DNA of 64,000 nt, from the NCBI GenBank assembly GCA_963701855.1, contig CAVPBK010000006.1, positions 1,056,001-1,120,000 of the forward strand, given 5' to 3'. Every line of letters starts with the position of its first letter. The stretch's first letter is position 1. Below, in pieces: positions 39,789-52,119 of this stretch. The DNA is from Nitrospirota bacterium (GTDB taxonomy: Bacteria > Nitrospirota > Nitrospiria > Nitrospirales > Nitrospiraceae). Position numbers and translations under genes: made by a program. Below the pieces are notes generated by a model. The model saw nothing but the letters and a program-made list of their open reading frames with translations. It was not told the DNA's origin and ran no database searches.

Positions 39789-40671
39789 ATGCTAAATGTC
39801 CCATCTTGCCCGCCTGATAGTCTTGCATCGCTTGAATCAATTCATCTTTCGTATTCATGACGAAGGGGCCATAGCGCGCAATCGCTTCGTCGATCGGTTC
39901 CCCGGCCATGACCAAGAGCCTGCTGTCATCGTGAGCAACGACTGCCACCTGCGAACCGTTCCTCGTACAGACAACCAGTTCCGCCTCTCCAGCTGCTTGC
40001 GCCCGATTGACGGAGGCGCGGCCTTGCAAGACAAAGAGCGACGCATTAAGCCCTTCAGGCAATTTCAGGAGTATGCTGGCTCCAGCCTTTAGTTGGAGAT
40101 CATAGAGTTCAATCGGCGTGACGGTGCGAGCGGGACCTCTGTGTCCAAGAAACGATCCGGCGATCACACGCAATCGCCCAGCTCCACTCTCAAGATCAAT
40201 GGCAGGGATGTCGGCGTTGAGAATCGTCTGATAGCCAGGCGCCGACATTTTCGAAGCGCGCGGCAGATTTACCCACAACTGAATGGCGTGAAGCGTGCCG
40301 CCATTCTTTGCAAACTCTTTTTCGTGAAATTCCTCGTGCACGATACCGGATGCCGCGGTCATCCACTGGACATCGCCTGGGCCGATCACACCGGCGTTCC
40401 CAGCTGAATCACGATGGGCCACGACGCCTTCATAGACAATGGTGACCGTTTCAAACCCGCGATGAGGATGTTCGCCCACGCCACGGGGATGATCCGTCGG
40501 CTCGAAATATTGCGGGCCAGCATAATCCAACATGAGAAACGGGCTGACTTCGCGATCAAGGTCGTTGCTGGGAAAGAGATTCCGCACGGGAAACCCGTCG
40601 CCGACCATATGCCGCGACCCAGGCTGATATAGACCGATCAATCCCTTCATGGTGCTCGTTTCTGTGGCCAT
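39787..40671 (-). CDS. Pirin family protein
   Basis: PFLMLD, HPHRGFETVT, WMTAASGIVHEE, QLWVNLP and YGPFVMN motifs. Confidence 0.95.
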   Translation of the reverse strand: MATETSTMKGLIGLYQPGSRHMVGDGFPVRNLFPSNDLDREVSPFLMLDYAGPQYFEPTDHPRGVGEHPHRGFETVTIVYEGVVAHRDSAGNAGVIGPGDVQWMTAASGIVHEEFHEKEFAKNGGTLHAIQLWVNLPRASKMSAPGYQTILNADIPAIDLESGAGRLRVIAGSFLGHRGPARTVTPIELYDLQLKAGASILLKLPEGLNASLFVLQGRASVNRAQAAGEAELVVCTRNGSQVAVVAHDDSRLLVMAGEPIDEAIARYGPFVMNTKDELIQAMQDYQAGKMGHLA

Positions 40672-40686
40672 AACAACCTTCCTTTC

Positions 40687-41544
40687 TTACGCCATTCTTC
40701 GCAGCGCTTCGGCTAATGTGACGTTCCCGCGCACAAGCGTTGTGGGATGCTCGTACCCAATCGCCCCTGTGGAAAATGATGTGTACATTTCTTCAAATAG
40801 TTTCGCCGCTTCATCGGAAAACCCAAACGATTTAAATGTGGGCACTACTGCGCTCACCGGCGCATGTTGAGCCGAGACCTCTCGCCCAAGGATCTGGCTC
40901 AGGACCGCTGCGACTTGCTGGGGACTGTATTCTTCCGGCCCGGCGAGTTCCACTATTTGTTTGCCCTTTCCACCAGCCATCAATTGCTCCGCTCCGACCC
41001 GACCGACGTCCTTCGTTGAAATCATCGGAATCTTGGCCGCCGGCGCAATGAACGTCGGCAAGACACCTTGTCCCTTAGCTGCGCCGAGAACCGGAGCCCA
41101 GTTGTCCATGAAATAGCATGGGCGGAGGATGGTCAGATGGGGAACCGCCTTACCGAGAACCTGTTCCCCGTAGCGCGCCGCTCTGATCGGACCAGTTCCT
41201 TCGGCAATATGGCCGCCCACAGACGACAGAAATACCACATGGCCGATGCCGCTTCTCTTCACTGCGTCTGCCGCACAATCCATTCTTTCTCGCTGGTCAG
41301 CCAGCCATGCTGCTGCTCCATAGTTCGGCGGCACCAAGAGATAGACACCTTTCGCGCCTTCGAAAGCTTTTGTGAGTGCGGATACATCGTCTAGCGAAGC
41401 GACGGCAATCTCCGCACCCTTCGCTTTCCATGTCGCACCTTTATCCGCCGAGCGCACAACGATCCGCACCGGCTGTTTCCGACTGAGCAAGGTCTCTACG
41501 ACAGCCGATCCCGTATTCCCTGTGGCACCGACAACAACAAACAT
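40687..41544 (-). CDS. NmrA-family NAD(P)-binding protein
   Basis: VVGATGNTG Rossmann motif and LRPCYFMDN. Confidence 0.88.
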   Translation of the reverse strand: MFVVVGATGNTGSAVVETLLSRKQPVRIVVRSADKGATWKAKGAEIAVASLDDVSALTKAFEGAKGVYLLVPPNYGAAAWLADQRERMDCAADAVKRSGIGHVVFLSSVGGHIAEGTGPIRAARYGEQVLGKAVPHLTILRPCYFMDNWAPVLGAAKGQGVLPTFIAPAAKIPMISTKDVGRVGAEQLMAGGKGKQIVELAGPEEYSPQQVAAVLSQILGREVSAQHAPVSAVVPTFKSFGFSDEAAKLFEEMYTSFSTGAIGYEHPTTLVRGNVTLAEALRRMA

Positions 41545-41654
41545 GCTGGAACCTCCTTTATGCGCTGACTGTCAGATCTCCTCGGTAATCATTCGATCAG
41601 CCAACCATGCATTGTGAGAATCTTCAACCACACGTTCCTCACGCTGACCCCAAT

Positions 41655-41682
41655 ATAATAGTTCTAGCTAGAACTAAGTCAA
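41655..41682 (-). promoter_or_regulatory. Promoter with a perfect 18-bp operator palindrome
   Basis: TAGTTCTAGCTAGAACTA (41659-41676) fills the spacer between TTGACT and TATTAT (16-nt spacer). Confidence 0.65.
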
Positions 41683-41853
41683 GTGGGAAATTTCTCGATG
41701 AGAGGCAAGAGGGACATTTCTTAATAACAATCAGTTGGTTATAGTGTGAGGAAAACAGAGCTGGGGGTTGCTCCACTGGACCGAAGCTCTTATGATGCGC
41801 CGACATCGTTCGTATAGACGAATCATCAAGCGCGACTCCGTCCCTAAAAAAAC

Positions 41854-42462
41854 ATGCCTCTTGTGCAGAACGAAGTGAATACCAAGTGCTTTAATCGGAG
41901 TGCGAAATTGCCTTTTGGCCTCCGCTTGAAGGATTTTGAAATGGCCATGCAGGACGTCTACGACTTTTTCTACGACGTGAATCTCGGCCTTATCGAACGA
42001 GGGCTTCAACGGCTTGACGACATGCTACGGCCCGCGATCATGTCCGGAGTTTTGTCGGATATGCTCACGGCAAGTCTGGCAAAACATTCCAGGAGCCTGA
42101 CCGTCAACCTGTACCACAACGGTCACCCAGATCTCGTTGTGAACGGGATATACCCGGACAACAAGGTTAAGGCTGGGTCGGAAGGTGTAGAAATCAAGGC
42201 CACCCGGAAGGCTGGTGGTGCCGTAGATACTCACGGCGCACGCGATCAATGGATGTGCGTGTTTGTCTATGACGTGGATAGCTCTACGGAGCCTGCTAAG
42301 GACAGAGCGCCCATGACAGTTACGGAGATCTATCTTGGACAGGTCACGAAGGACGATTTTCGAAAGAATCAACGGGGGGAGCTAGGTACCCGGACAGCCA
42401 CGTTGCATAAAAGCGGCATAGAGAAGCTGAGGAAGAGCTGGGTTTATAAGCTCAATGGATGA
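41854..42462 (+). CDS. Putative type II restriction endonuclease (PD-(D/E)XK)
   Basis: HPDL...GVEIK pattern; convergent with and overlapping a DNA methyltransferase gene. Confidence 0.7.
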   Translation: MPLVQNEVNTKCFNRSAKLPFGLRLKDFEMAMQDVYDFFYDVNLGLIERGLQRLDDMLRPAIMSGVLSDMLTASLAKHSRSLTVNLYHNGHPDLVVNGIYPDNKVKAGSEGVEIKATRKAGGAVDTHGARDQWMCVFVYDVDSSTEPAKDRAPMTVTEIYLGQVTKDDFRKNQRGELGTRTATLHKSGIEKLRKSWVYKLNG

Positions 42463-43679
42463 TTACTGCCGTTCTTGAATACGGCTAACCTGGGCAGGGC
42501 CTTTTTCGCTATTTCAAAGTAATGCGGGTCTTTTTCAATCCCGATACTCTCATATCCCACCGATTCAGCCGCAGCAAGCGTCGATCCTGCTCCACAGAAT
42601 GGGTCGAGCACCACCCCCTGTCCAAGCGGAAGAACCCCACGAACTAATGTGCGCATGAACTGTTGGGGCTTCAAGCTTGGATGTGGTGCCAGAGCCCTTT
42701 CGGACTTATGGGTTGGTGCCGATGGAATCACATCCCCGAATGGTTTGTCCAAAGAAGGCCTTCGAAACCCACCCGTGCCCCACTTGCGAAGATTGTCTTG
42801 CGCTCTTCCTTCAAGTGGCTTCCGAAAAAGCAACCAAGGCTCCCACATGGATCGAGGCATCACGCTGACATCCGAAAATTCCTCGTGGGCTGCTTTTGGT
42901 CTATCTCCACCTCGCATGGTCATAACGAGGCGAACGATTTCCCCGCGCCGTTCAAGACCCGCTTTGGCAAGGGCACCAGAAACCACGTATGAAAGGAGCG
43001 GGTTCGAAGCTACAACAACGTTCGCCCCCGGTACCAAAACTCGTATGAGTAACTGGGCCCATTCCAGGAAGAACAACTCAAGAGCGCGAAGGTCTTGCGG
43101 CGAGAGTACCGTGAACCTGGGAAGTGGGGCACGTTGAACTCCGTCAAAAGAAGGTGGAATGCGCCATACGCCGCCCTTGCCACTTCGCAACTTCTCCTGT
43201 TGCTCTGCGGAGTATTCAAACAGTCCGTACGGAGGGTCCGTGACAATAGCATGAACGCTATTGTGCCGTTGCTCACGCAACCAATTCATGCAATCAGCTT
43301 CAAGAAGAGTCGCTCTGCCGAAAGAGGAATTTCTCCAGTACTGGAGTCGAGACTCGGCAGCCTTATTGGCTCGCACTCTCGTGGTCGTTTTTAATCCATA
43401 TTGACCACGGGCGGTGCGTAGAAATGTCGATGGTGTATTCAGCCGTAGATAGGATCGTACGCTGGATCGCGCCGAGTGGCCGATGAGATCGGCCACATGT
43501 TGTTCGATCGTGTGAAGAGGAGCGCCTGCAGGCCTGGCCATAAGAACGGAAAGGATTGCGTCTCTCACTTCACCGGGACGGCGTTTAGTCTGAGTCGATG
43601 GTTTATACACGAGGGGAGAGTATGACGTCTGGACGTCTTTGTCAATGTTCCCATACCCTTCTTCCAGGTACGCAACCAT
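42444..43679 (-). CDS. Beta-class N6-A/N4-C DNA methyltransferase with N-terminal HTH-like extension
   Basis: TDPPY precedes HPSLKP and LDPFCGAGST. An alternative leaderless GTG start lies at 43610. Confidence 0.9.
   Translation of the reverse strand: MVAYLEEGYGNIDKDVQTSYSPLVYKPSTQTKRRPGEVRDAILSVLMARPAGAPLHTIEQHVADLIGHSARSSVRSYLRLNTPSTFLRTARGQYGLKTTTRVRANKAAESRLQYWRNSSFGRATLLEADCMNWLREQRHNSVHAIVTDPPYGLFEYSAEQQEKLRSGKGGVWRIPPSFDGVQRAPLPRFTVLSPQDLRALELFFLEWAQLLIRVLVPGANVVVASNPLLSYVVSGALAKAGLERRGEIVRLVMTMRGGDRPKAAHEEFSDVSVMPRSMWEPWLLFRKPLEGRAQDNLRKWGTGGFRRPSLDKPFGDVIPSAPTHKSERALAPHPSLKPQQFMRTLVRGVLPLGQGVVLDPFCGAGSTLAAAESVGYESIGIEKDPHYFEIAKKALPRLAVFKNGSNHPLSL
43617..43645 (-). promoter_or_regulatory. 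Putative methyltransferase promoter containing two GACGTC palindromes
   Basis: TTGACA (43645-43640), 17-nt spacer, TACTCT (43622-43617); GACGTC at 43624-43629 and 43632-43637. Confidence 0.6.
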
Positions 43680-43778
43680 ACTATCCTTTACTGCGCGCTT
43701 CGAGCGAGCACATTCCGATCGTGGGCACGACAGATCTCACTCCACATTTCTTGCGGCGAGGCAGCCTGGGATTGCCCA

Positions 43779-43827
43779 ACTGCGCCCGTCGAGTGAGGCC
43801 CTTCCGAGGGCGCGCGCTCCGGGAGCA
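43779..43827 (-). repeat. Family C repeat, copy 3
   Basis: Minus strand TGCTCCCGGAGCGCGCGCCCTCGGAAGGGCCTCACTCGACGGGCGCAGT aligns without gaps to 33541-33589. Confidence 0.7.
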
Positions 43828-43854
43828 CGAGGCAATCCTAGACTGTTTCGCTGC

Positions 43855-44328
43855 TCACTTTCTCTCTTTCATCGCCCGCTCAACTTCACGGCTGGCTTCG
43901 CGCGTCTTGATGGTCTCCCGACGGTCATGTTGCTTCTTGCCTTTGGCTAACCCAAGTTCAACCTTCGCAAGGCCTCGCTTGGAGAAATAGATGCGGAGCG
44001 GGATGAGTGTGAGCCCTTGCTGCTGCGTCTTGCCGAGAAGCTTATTGATCTCCTTGCGGTGAAGGAGCAGCTTCCTGGTGCGGAGAGGTTCGTGATTCAT
44101 GATGTTGCCGTGGCTGTAGGGACTGATGTGGCAATGGTGAAGAAATATCTCACCGTCCCTCACGCTGGCGTAACTATCTTGTAGATTCACGCGCCCGTCT
44201 CGCAGGGACTTGACCTCCGTACCCTGGAGCATGATGCCCGCCTCGAACTTCTCTTCAATAAAGTAGTCGTGGTAGGCCTTGCGATTTGTGACAACAGCCT
44301 TTTCGAAACTGTCTTTCTCTTTACCCAT
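43855..44328 (-). CDS. smpB: SsrA-binding protein
   Basis: [22 protein letters not shown] and GKKQHDRRE motifs. Confidence 0.97.
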   Translation of the reverse strand: MGKEKDSFEKAVVTNRKAYHDYFIEEKFEAGIMLQGTEVKSLRDGRVNLQDSYASVRDGEIFLHHCHISPYSHGNIMNHEPLRTRKLLLHRKEINKLLGKTQQQGLTLIPLRIYFSKRGLAKVELGLAKGKKQHDRRETIKTREASREVERAMKERK

Positions 44329-44468
44329 CAGGCATCAGACTTTCATGTCCATATTGATGGACAAAGCGTACTGTTCGATGTTCAATTGAGCATGAAGGTG
44401 ATTGTCGTTCCACGATCTCTGAGGGAGTACGCCGTGATTGCCACGTCCGTTTTTGCTATGATGCCGCC

Positions 44469-44969
44469 ATGCGTGGAGTCGGTTCAATCGATTCTCTTTC
44501 CAGCATCCTTGAAGGGGTGGCTCGTCGCCTTGGGCTCGAGTCCAAGTTGCTCGAAAACCGCTTGCGGCGGGACTGGGTCTCCATCGTCGGAGAGCCGATG
44601 GCATCGAATACCTGGCCTGACCAGATTCGCTACAAGAAACTCTATCTCCTGGTCCACAACAGTGTCTGGCTGCACCAACTCACATTCCTCAAGCCGACAC
44701 TGATTCAGAAACTCAACGAAGCAGCAGGCGGGGAGCTCATTACCGAGATTGTGTTGCGTGTAGGCGAGATCCCTTTACGGACAGCTGCTTCTCCTACGAC
44801 ACCTCCCCTCGACGGCGACATCATTCTCTCCGAGGTCTCACTGGCTGAGGTATCATCCCATGTCTCAGCGATACAAAACCCTGATCTCCGCCTGCTGTTT
44901 ACATCGGTGATATCGAGAAATCTTCGAACTCCAACTCCGCCGGGACGGGGTCCGTCACGCGTCCCTTGA
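44469..44969 (+). CDS. dciA: DUF721/DciA-family helicase loader
   Basis: WVSIVGEPMASNT..LYLLVHNSVWLHQL..LIQKLN pattern, next to the gyrase/dnaA cluster. Confidence 0.7.
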   Translation: MRGVGSIDSLSSILEGVARRLGLESKLLENRLRRDWVSIVGEPMASNTWPDQIRYKKLYLLVHNSVWLHQLTFLKPTLIQKLNEAAGGELITEIVLRVGEIPLRTAASPTTPPLDGDIILSEVSLAEVSSHVSAIQNPDLRLLFTSVISRNLRTPTPPGRGPSRVP

Positions 44970-45507
44970 AGAGAATGCTCGTGGCATCGGAGGCCTCATC
45001 GGTCTTGGGCATGGGACCGAGGCCTCCCTCTTCTTCCTGGTCCTGCAGCCGATAGTATCCCCGCATCGCCTTCTCGTATTTCCTGACCACCTCGGCATCT
45101 CCAGCCAGATACTTATTGAGCATCTCTGGCTCAGCCCATCCGTAATCATCGAACACATACACCACGATCTTTCTGTACCAACCGCCCGGATCGCCCGGCG
45201 TCGTCGGCTGAATCTTCATCTTGGCAAAATGGTGCGTCAGACGACCGACCTTGCGAAAACGCTTCACCAGGGTTTCAACTCCTTGGTCGGTCGTGTCATG
45301 AGGCACGTGCGCTGCCACGATGTGGCCGACTTGGGAACCGACACTATACGGAGGGATTGTTCGATCGGGACGGCTGAGATACATTCCCCCCCAGATCAGC
45401 GTGAAGGACATGACGAGCACGCCGAGGGCCAACTTGACAACCATATCCAGCCGCTTCTTCGGCTTGGATACGGGAAGGGGAGTTGAAGAAGAATCCTGCT
45501 CTAGCAT
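44899..45507 (-). CDS. Membrane-anchored hypothetical protein
   Basis: One N-terminal TM; uninterrupted ORF downstream of gyrA. Confidence 0.65.
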   Translation of the reverse strand: MLEQDSSSTPLPVSKPKKRLDMVVKLALGVLVMSFTLIWGGMYLSRPDRTIPPYSVGSQVGHIVAAHVPHDTTDQGVETLVKRFRKVGRLTHHFAKMKIQPTTPGDPGGWYRKIVVYVFDDYGWAEPEMLNKYLAGDAEVVRKYEKAMRGYYRLQDQEEEGGLGPMPKTDEASDATSILFKGRVTDPVPAELEFEDFSISPM

Positions 45508-45522
45508 GGAAAACCTAGCCCG

Positions 45523-45702
45523 CATTAATCGTGACGGTTCGTCGCGAAATCGTGGAGTCGTGTCGCGAGACCGGCGCGCGGAGCCGCGAGATCCCGATGC
45601 GTACTCGTGCAGTACGGTGAGGGTCCGAAAGGCGAGCCGGCCGGCCGTAGGCCCGTCGCAGCAGCGGATAGGCGATTGCAGCAGAAGCGTTCATGAATAA
45701 TG
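45523..45702. repeat. Family B repeat, copy 2
   Basis: CATTAATCGTGACGGTTC...GAAGCGTTCATGAATAATG arms; internal blocks match 5557-5733. Confidence 0.8.
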
Positions 45703-45747
45703 AGGGCCAGGCCCAACGAACAAGGCGTACGATCTCGTGCGTACCCG

Positions 45748-48210
45748 TTATCCGCCGCCTTCCTCAGGGAGCGCCTCGGCGCTTTCCGCCAAACGCGCGA
45801 CGGCCACGACCCGGTCGCCCGCTCCCTCGAGATCGAGGATCCGAACCCCCTGGGTATTCCGGCCGATCTCACGGAACTCATCCACCTTGCATCGAAGCAC
45901 CTTGCCTTGAGCCGCCATCAGCATGATCTCATCGCCATCTCGGACCTGAAGAAATCCTATGGCAAGTCCGTTGCGCTCATTGGTTTTTACACTGATGATA
46001 CCCTTCCCCCCGCGTCCCTGGACGCGATACTCGCTCACCGGCGTGCGTTTTCCGTAGCCGCCCTCCGTGACCGTAAGGATTTGAGTGGTGGAGTCAGGGG
46101 TAATGGTTTCCATGCCGATGACTTCGTTGCCTTCCTCCAGCGTAATGCCGCGCACGCCGTGCGCCGTGCGGCCCATTGGACGGACGCCGTCTTCCTTGAA
46201 GAGAATCGTGATCCCCTTTTTCGTGCCCAACAGAATTTCCCGCTGGCCATCGGTGAGCTGCACACCGATAAGACGATCCCCTTTATCCAATGACAACGCA
46301 ATGATGCCGCCCAGGCGTGGATTGCCGTAGGCCGAGAGTTCGGTCTTCTTGATAATGCCCTGCGCGGTCGCCATCACGATGAATCGATCTTCGCGGAACT
46401 CTTTGACCGGCACAGTCGCAGTAACCTTCTCATCGCCGGACAAGGCCAGCAAATTCACGAGCGCTTTGCCCTTGGCAGCCCGGCCCGCGTCTGGAATCTC
46501 ATGAACCTTCAGCCAATAGACCTTCCCGGCATCTGTGAAAAACAGGAGCGACTCGTGCGTGGACGCTGTGAATAGGGTCACGACAAAATCCTCTTCCTTG
46601 ACCCCCATCCCGATCTTCCCCTTGCCGCCTCGCCGCTGCGCCCGGTACAGGGTGACGGGATTGCGCTTGATGTAGCCGGCGTGCGAGATCGTAACGACTA
46701 CTTCTTCGTTCGCGATCATGTCTTCCAGGGTGATCTCCGCTTCTTCTTTCACGATCTGTGTGCGGCGGTCGTCTTTGTAGGCCTCGCGCACCTCGATCAG
46801 CTCGTCCTTGACGATCGCACGAATCAGCGCCTCGCTGCCCAGGATCGACTTGAGACGCTCGATCTGCTTCAAGACCTCTGTATATTCCTCGATGAGTTTG
46901 TTGCGCTCCAATTGCGTGAGCCGCTGGAGCCGCATCTCCAAAATCGCATTCGCCTGAATTTCGCTCAGCGCAAACCTTCGCATCAGGCCGACACGGGCTT
47001 CATCGGGCGATTGTGCCTGCCGGATCAAGGTAATCACCGCATCCAGATTATCGAGCGCGATCTTGAGACCCTCGAGGATATGAGCCCGCTCTTCCGCCTT
47101 ACGCAACTCGAAGGCGGTTCGACGGACGATGACCTCGCGCCGGTGCTCGATGAAATGGTGCAGGATCTGTTTGAGACTCAACACTTCAGGCCGGTTGTTC
47201 ACCAGCGCGAGCATGATGACCCCGAAGGTCGTCTGGAGTTGCGTCAGCTTATACAGGTTGTTCAGCGTGATGAGCGGGATTTCCCCGCGCTTGAGTTCGA
47301 TGACGACGCGGATGCCTTCACGATCGGACTCGTCGCGCAAATCGGAAATCCCTTTGATCCGTTCGTCCCGGATCAACTCGGCGATCTTTTCGATCAGCTT
47401 GGACTTATTGACCTGATAGGGCAGCTCCGTGACGATCAGCCGTTCACGATCCGTGCGTTCATCCGACTCGACCTTCACTTTCGCGCGCAACGTGAGAAGA
47501 CCCCGTCCGCTCTCGTAGGCGTCCTTGATCCCGGCCGTTCCATAGATGAATCCGGCCGTCGGAAAATCCGGGCCTGGAATCTTCTTCATCAGCTGGGCAA
47601 TCGTGATGTCCGGATTCTCCAAAAATAGGAGGAGCGCCTCGATTACTTCGCCGAGATTGTGGGTTGGAATGTTGGTGGCATAACCCACCGCAATGCCGCC
47701 GGCGCCGTTGACGAGGAGATTCGGGATTTTAGAAGGAAGCACCAGTGGTTCGACTAGCGACTCGTCGTAGTTCGGCCCGAAGTCGACCGTCTCCTTATCG
47801 ATATCGGCGAGCATGTCCTCGGCAACCTTGGTCAGACGGGCTTCGGTATAGCGCATGGCCGCCGGCGGATCGCCGTCGACCGATCCATAATTGCCCTGAC
47901 CGTCCACAAGCATATACCGCATGTTGAAGGGCTGCGCCATACGAACAAGCGTGTCGTAGATCGCACTGTCCCCATGGGGATGGTAATTCCCCATGATCTC
48001 GCCGACGATCTTAGCGGACTTGCGATAGGCCCGGTTCGACGCCAAACCCATTTCGTTCATGCCGTGGAGAATACGGCGATGGACCGGTTTGAGGCCGTCA
48101 CGCACGTCGGGGAGCGCCCGGCCCACGATGACGCTCATCGCATAGCTCAGGTACGACGAGCGCATCTCGTCTTCGATGGCGATTTGTCCTAGTCTCTCAT
48201 CAGGCGGCAT
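45748..48210 (-). CDS. gyrA: DNA gyrase subunit A
   Basis: [17 protein letters not shown] (catalytic Tyr) and the GyrA-box QRRGGKG. Confidence 0.98.
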   Translation of the reverse strand: MPPDERLGQIAIEDEMRSSYLSYAMSVIVGRALPDVRDGLKPVHRRILHGMNEMGLASNRAYRKSAKIVGEIMGNYHPHGDSAIYDTLVRMAQPFNMRYMLVDGQGNYGSVDGDPPAAMRYTEARLTKVAEDMLADIDKETVDFGPNYDESLVEPLVLPSKIPNLLVNGAGGIAVGYATNIPTHNLGEVIEALLLFLENPDITIAQLMKKIPGPDFPTAGFIYGTAGIKDAYESGRGLLTLRAKVKVESDERTDRERLIVTELPYQVNKSKLIEKIAELIRDERIKGISDLRDESDREGIRVVIELKRGEIPLITLNNLYKLTQLQTTFGVIMLALVNNRPEVLSLKQILHHFIEHRREVIVRRTAFELRKAEERAHILEGLKIALDNLDAVITLIRQAQSPDEARVGLMRRFALSEIQANAILEMRLQRLTQLERNKLIEEYTEVLKQIERLKSILGSEALIRAIVKDELIEVREAYKDDRRTQIVKEEAEITLEDMIANEEVVVTISHAGYIKRNPVTLYRAQRRGGKGKIGMGVKEEDFVVTLFTASTHESLLFFTDAGKVYWLKVHEIPDAGRAAKGKALVNLLALSGDEKVTATVPVKEFREDRFIVMATAQGIIKKTELSAYGNPRLGGIIALSLDKGDRLIGVQLTDGQREILLGTKKGITILFKEDGVRPMGRTAHGVRGITLEEGNEVIGMETITPDSTTQILTVTEGGYGKRTPVSEYRVQGRGGKGIISVKTNERNGLAIGFLQVRDGDEIMLMAAQGKVLRCKVDEFREIGRNTQGVRILDLEGAGDRVVAVARLAESAEALPEEGGG

Positions 48211-48223
48211 CTAATTTCTCCAC

Positions 48224-48343
48224 GGATGCTGAAAATGGTCCCCAGCTTCGTTCTCGACTCGTGAAAACCTTCAACGTACCCCAGGGGTACGCCTCAGGTT
48301 TTCGCTTGCCTGCGGCCTTGCTGGATGACCATTTTGAGCATCC
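48224..48343 (+). repeat. Family A repeat, copy 4 (between gyrB and gyrA)
   Basis: GGATGCTGAAAATGGTC...GACCATTTTGAGCATCC. Confidence 0.9.
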
Positions 48344-48413
48344 TCCAAAGCAGTCGGCACACATAATGTAGAGGACGGTTCTACTTCTACTGTTGATCGC
48401 CCAGCGTTCAGCA

Positions 48414-50900
<2,487 letters not shown>

Positions 50901-50966
50901 TTACGGCCATCAGCTCTCTGCTTTCAGCCTTCAGCGACCCACATGACCGCTGATTGCTGGGCCCGG

Positions 50967-52094
50967 CTAGATTTTAATTGGCATGACCACGCACTTGAAC
51001 CCGGGACTGTCTGACTCCTGGATCAAACAAGGGCTCAGCGGATTATCCATTTGCAGAGAGATCGTTTCTCCGTCCATCACCCCGAGGACATCCAACAAGT
51101 AACGGGCGTTGAACCCTGTGCTCAAAGCCTCTCCCTCGTACCTTGCCGCTAGTTCTTCGGTCGCCTCTCCAAAATCAGGATTGCTGGAGAACAGCGTCAT
51201 CTGTCCGGGGACAAACGACACCTTCACCGCACTCGCCTTATCACGGGACAGCACGGAGACACGCCGAAGCGCACTTTCGAGTTCGCTCCGATTGACCCCG
51301 ATTTTCCCGCCACTCTCTTTCGGAATCACTTGCTGATAATTCGGGTAGTTCCCTTCCATGAGCCGCGAGGTCAGCAGCAATCCGCTTTTCCGGAAAATCA
51401 TGAGATTTTTGGTAAACCCAATCAAGGGCTCACCCTCGCCGCCTTCTTCCAGAAGACGCTGCATCTCATGCGCGGCCTTTTTCGGAATGATGGCTTTAAT
51501 CTCTTGCGGAGCGCCTTTGGTCCCGGCCTTTCCAACCTCTTGCTCGGCAACTGCTAACCGATGTCCATCGGTGCCGACTAATCGCAATATCGTTTTCTTC
51601 TCCGACGCGATGAGGGTAACCAGCAGACCGTTGAGGATGTAGCGCGCGTCATTGTCTCCGGCAGCAAATAGGGTCTTCCTAATCAGCTCTAAGAAACCGG
51701 CCCCGGCAAGGGGGATAAGCCCTTCTCGTTCAATCGTGGGCAGCGCGGGATAGTCGGTGCTTGGGAGGCCGACAATCTTAAACTGACTCTTGCCGGCATG
51801 GATCGTCGTCCAATTGTTGTCACCGGATATGATTTCGATTTCACCGACCGCCAGTTCCTTGATGATCTCATACAGCTTCCGAGCCGAGATCGTGACCCCT
51901 CCGGGCTTCTCCACGGTCGCTTTGTAGTGCCCGCGCATGCCGATTTCGAGGTCGGTGGCGACGATTTCCACTCCCTCCTGCTTCGCCTCAATCAAAATGT
52001 TCGAGAGGATCGGCATTGTGTTGCGCTTCTCGACGACTCCTTGGACCCGCTGAAGGCCCGTCAAGAGTTCAACTCGTCCCATGCGCAGTTTCAT
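50967..52094 (-). CDS. dnaN: DNA polymerase III beta clamp
   Basis: MPILSN, ATDLEIG, GTDGHRLA, GFNARYLLD and VVMPI motifs; follows dnaA. Confidence 0.97.
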   Translation of the reverse strand: MKLRMGRVELLTGLQRVQGVVEKRNTMPILSNILIEAKQEGVEIVATDLEIGMRGHYKATVEKPGGVTISARKLYEIIKELAVGEIEIISGDNNWTTIHAGKSQFKIVGLPSTDYPALPTIEREGLIPLAGAGFLELIRKTLFAAGDNDARYILNGLLVTLIASEKKTILRLVGTDGHRLAVAEQEVGKAGTKGAPQEIKAIIPKKAAHEMQRLLEEGGEGEPLIGFTKNLMIFRKSGLLLTSRLMEGNYPNYQQVIPKESGGKIGVNRSELESALRRVSVLSRDKASAVKVSFVPGQMTLFSSNPDFGEATEELAARYEGEALSTGFNARYLLDVLGVMDGETISLQMDNPLSPCLIQESDSPGFKCVVMPIKI

Positions 52095-52119
52095 GATCTT
52101 TTCCCCCTGGCCTAGCCCC

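Noticed and set aside
4720..43855. Prophage or ICE in the accessory interval
   Set aside because: No integrase, transposase, phage structural or conjugation genes were recognised.
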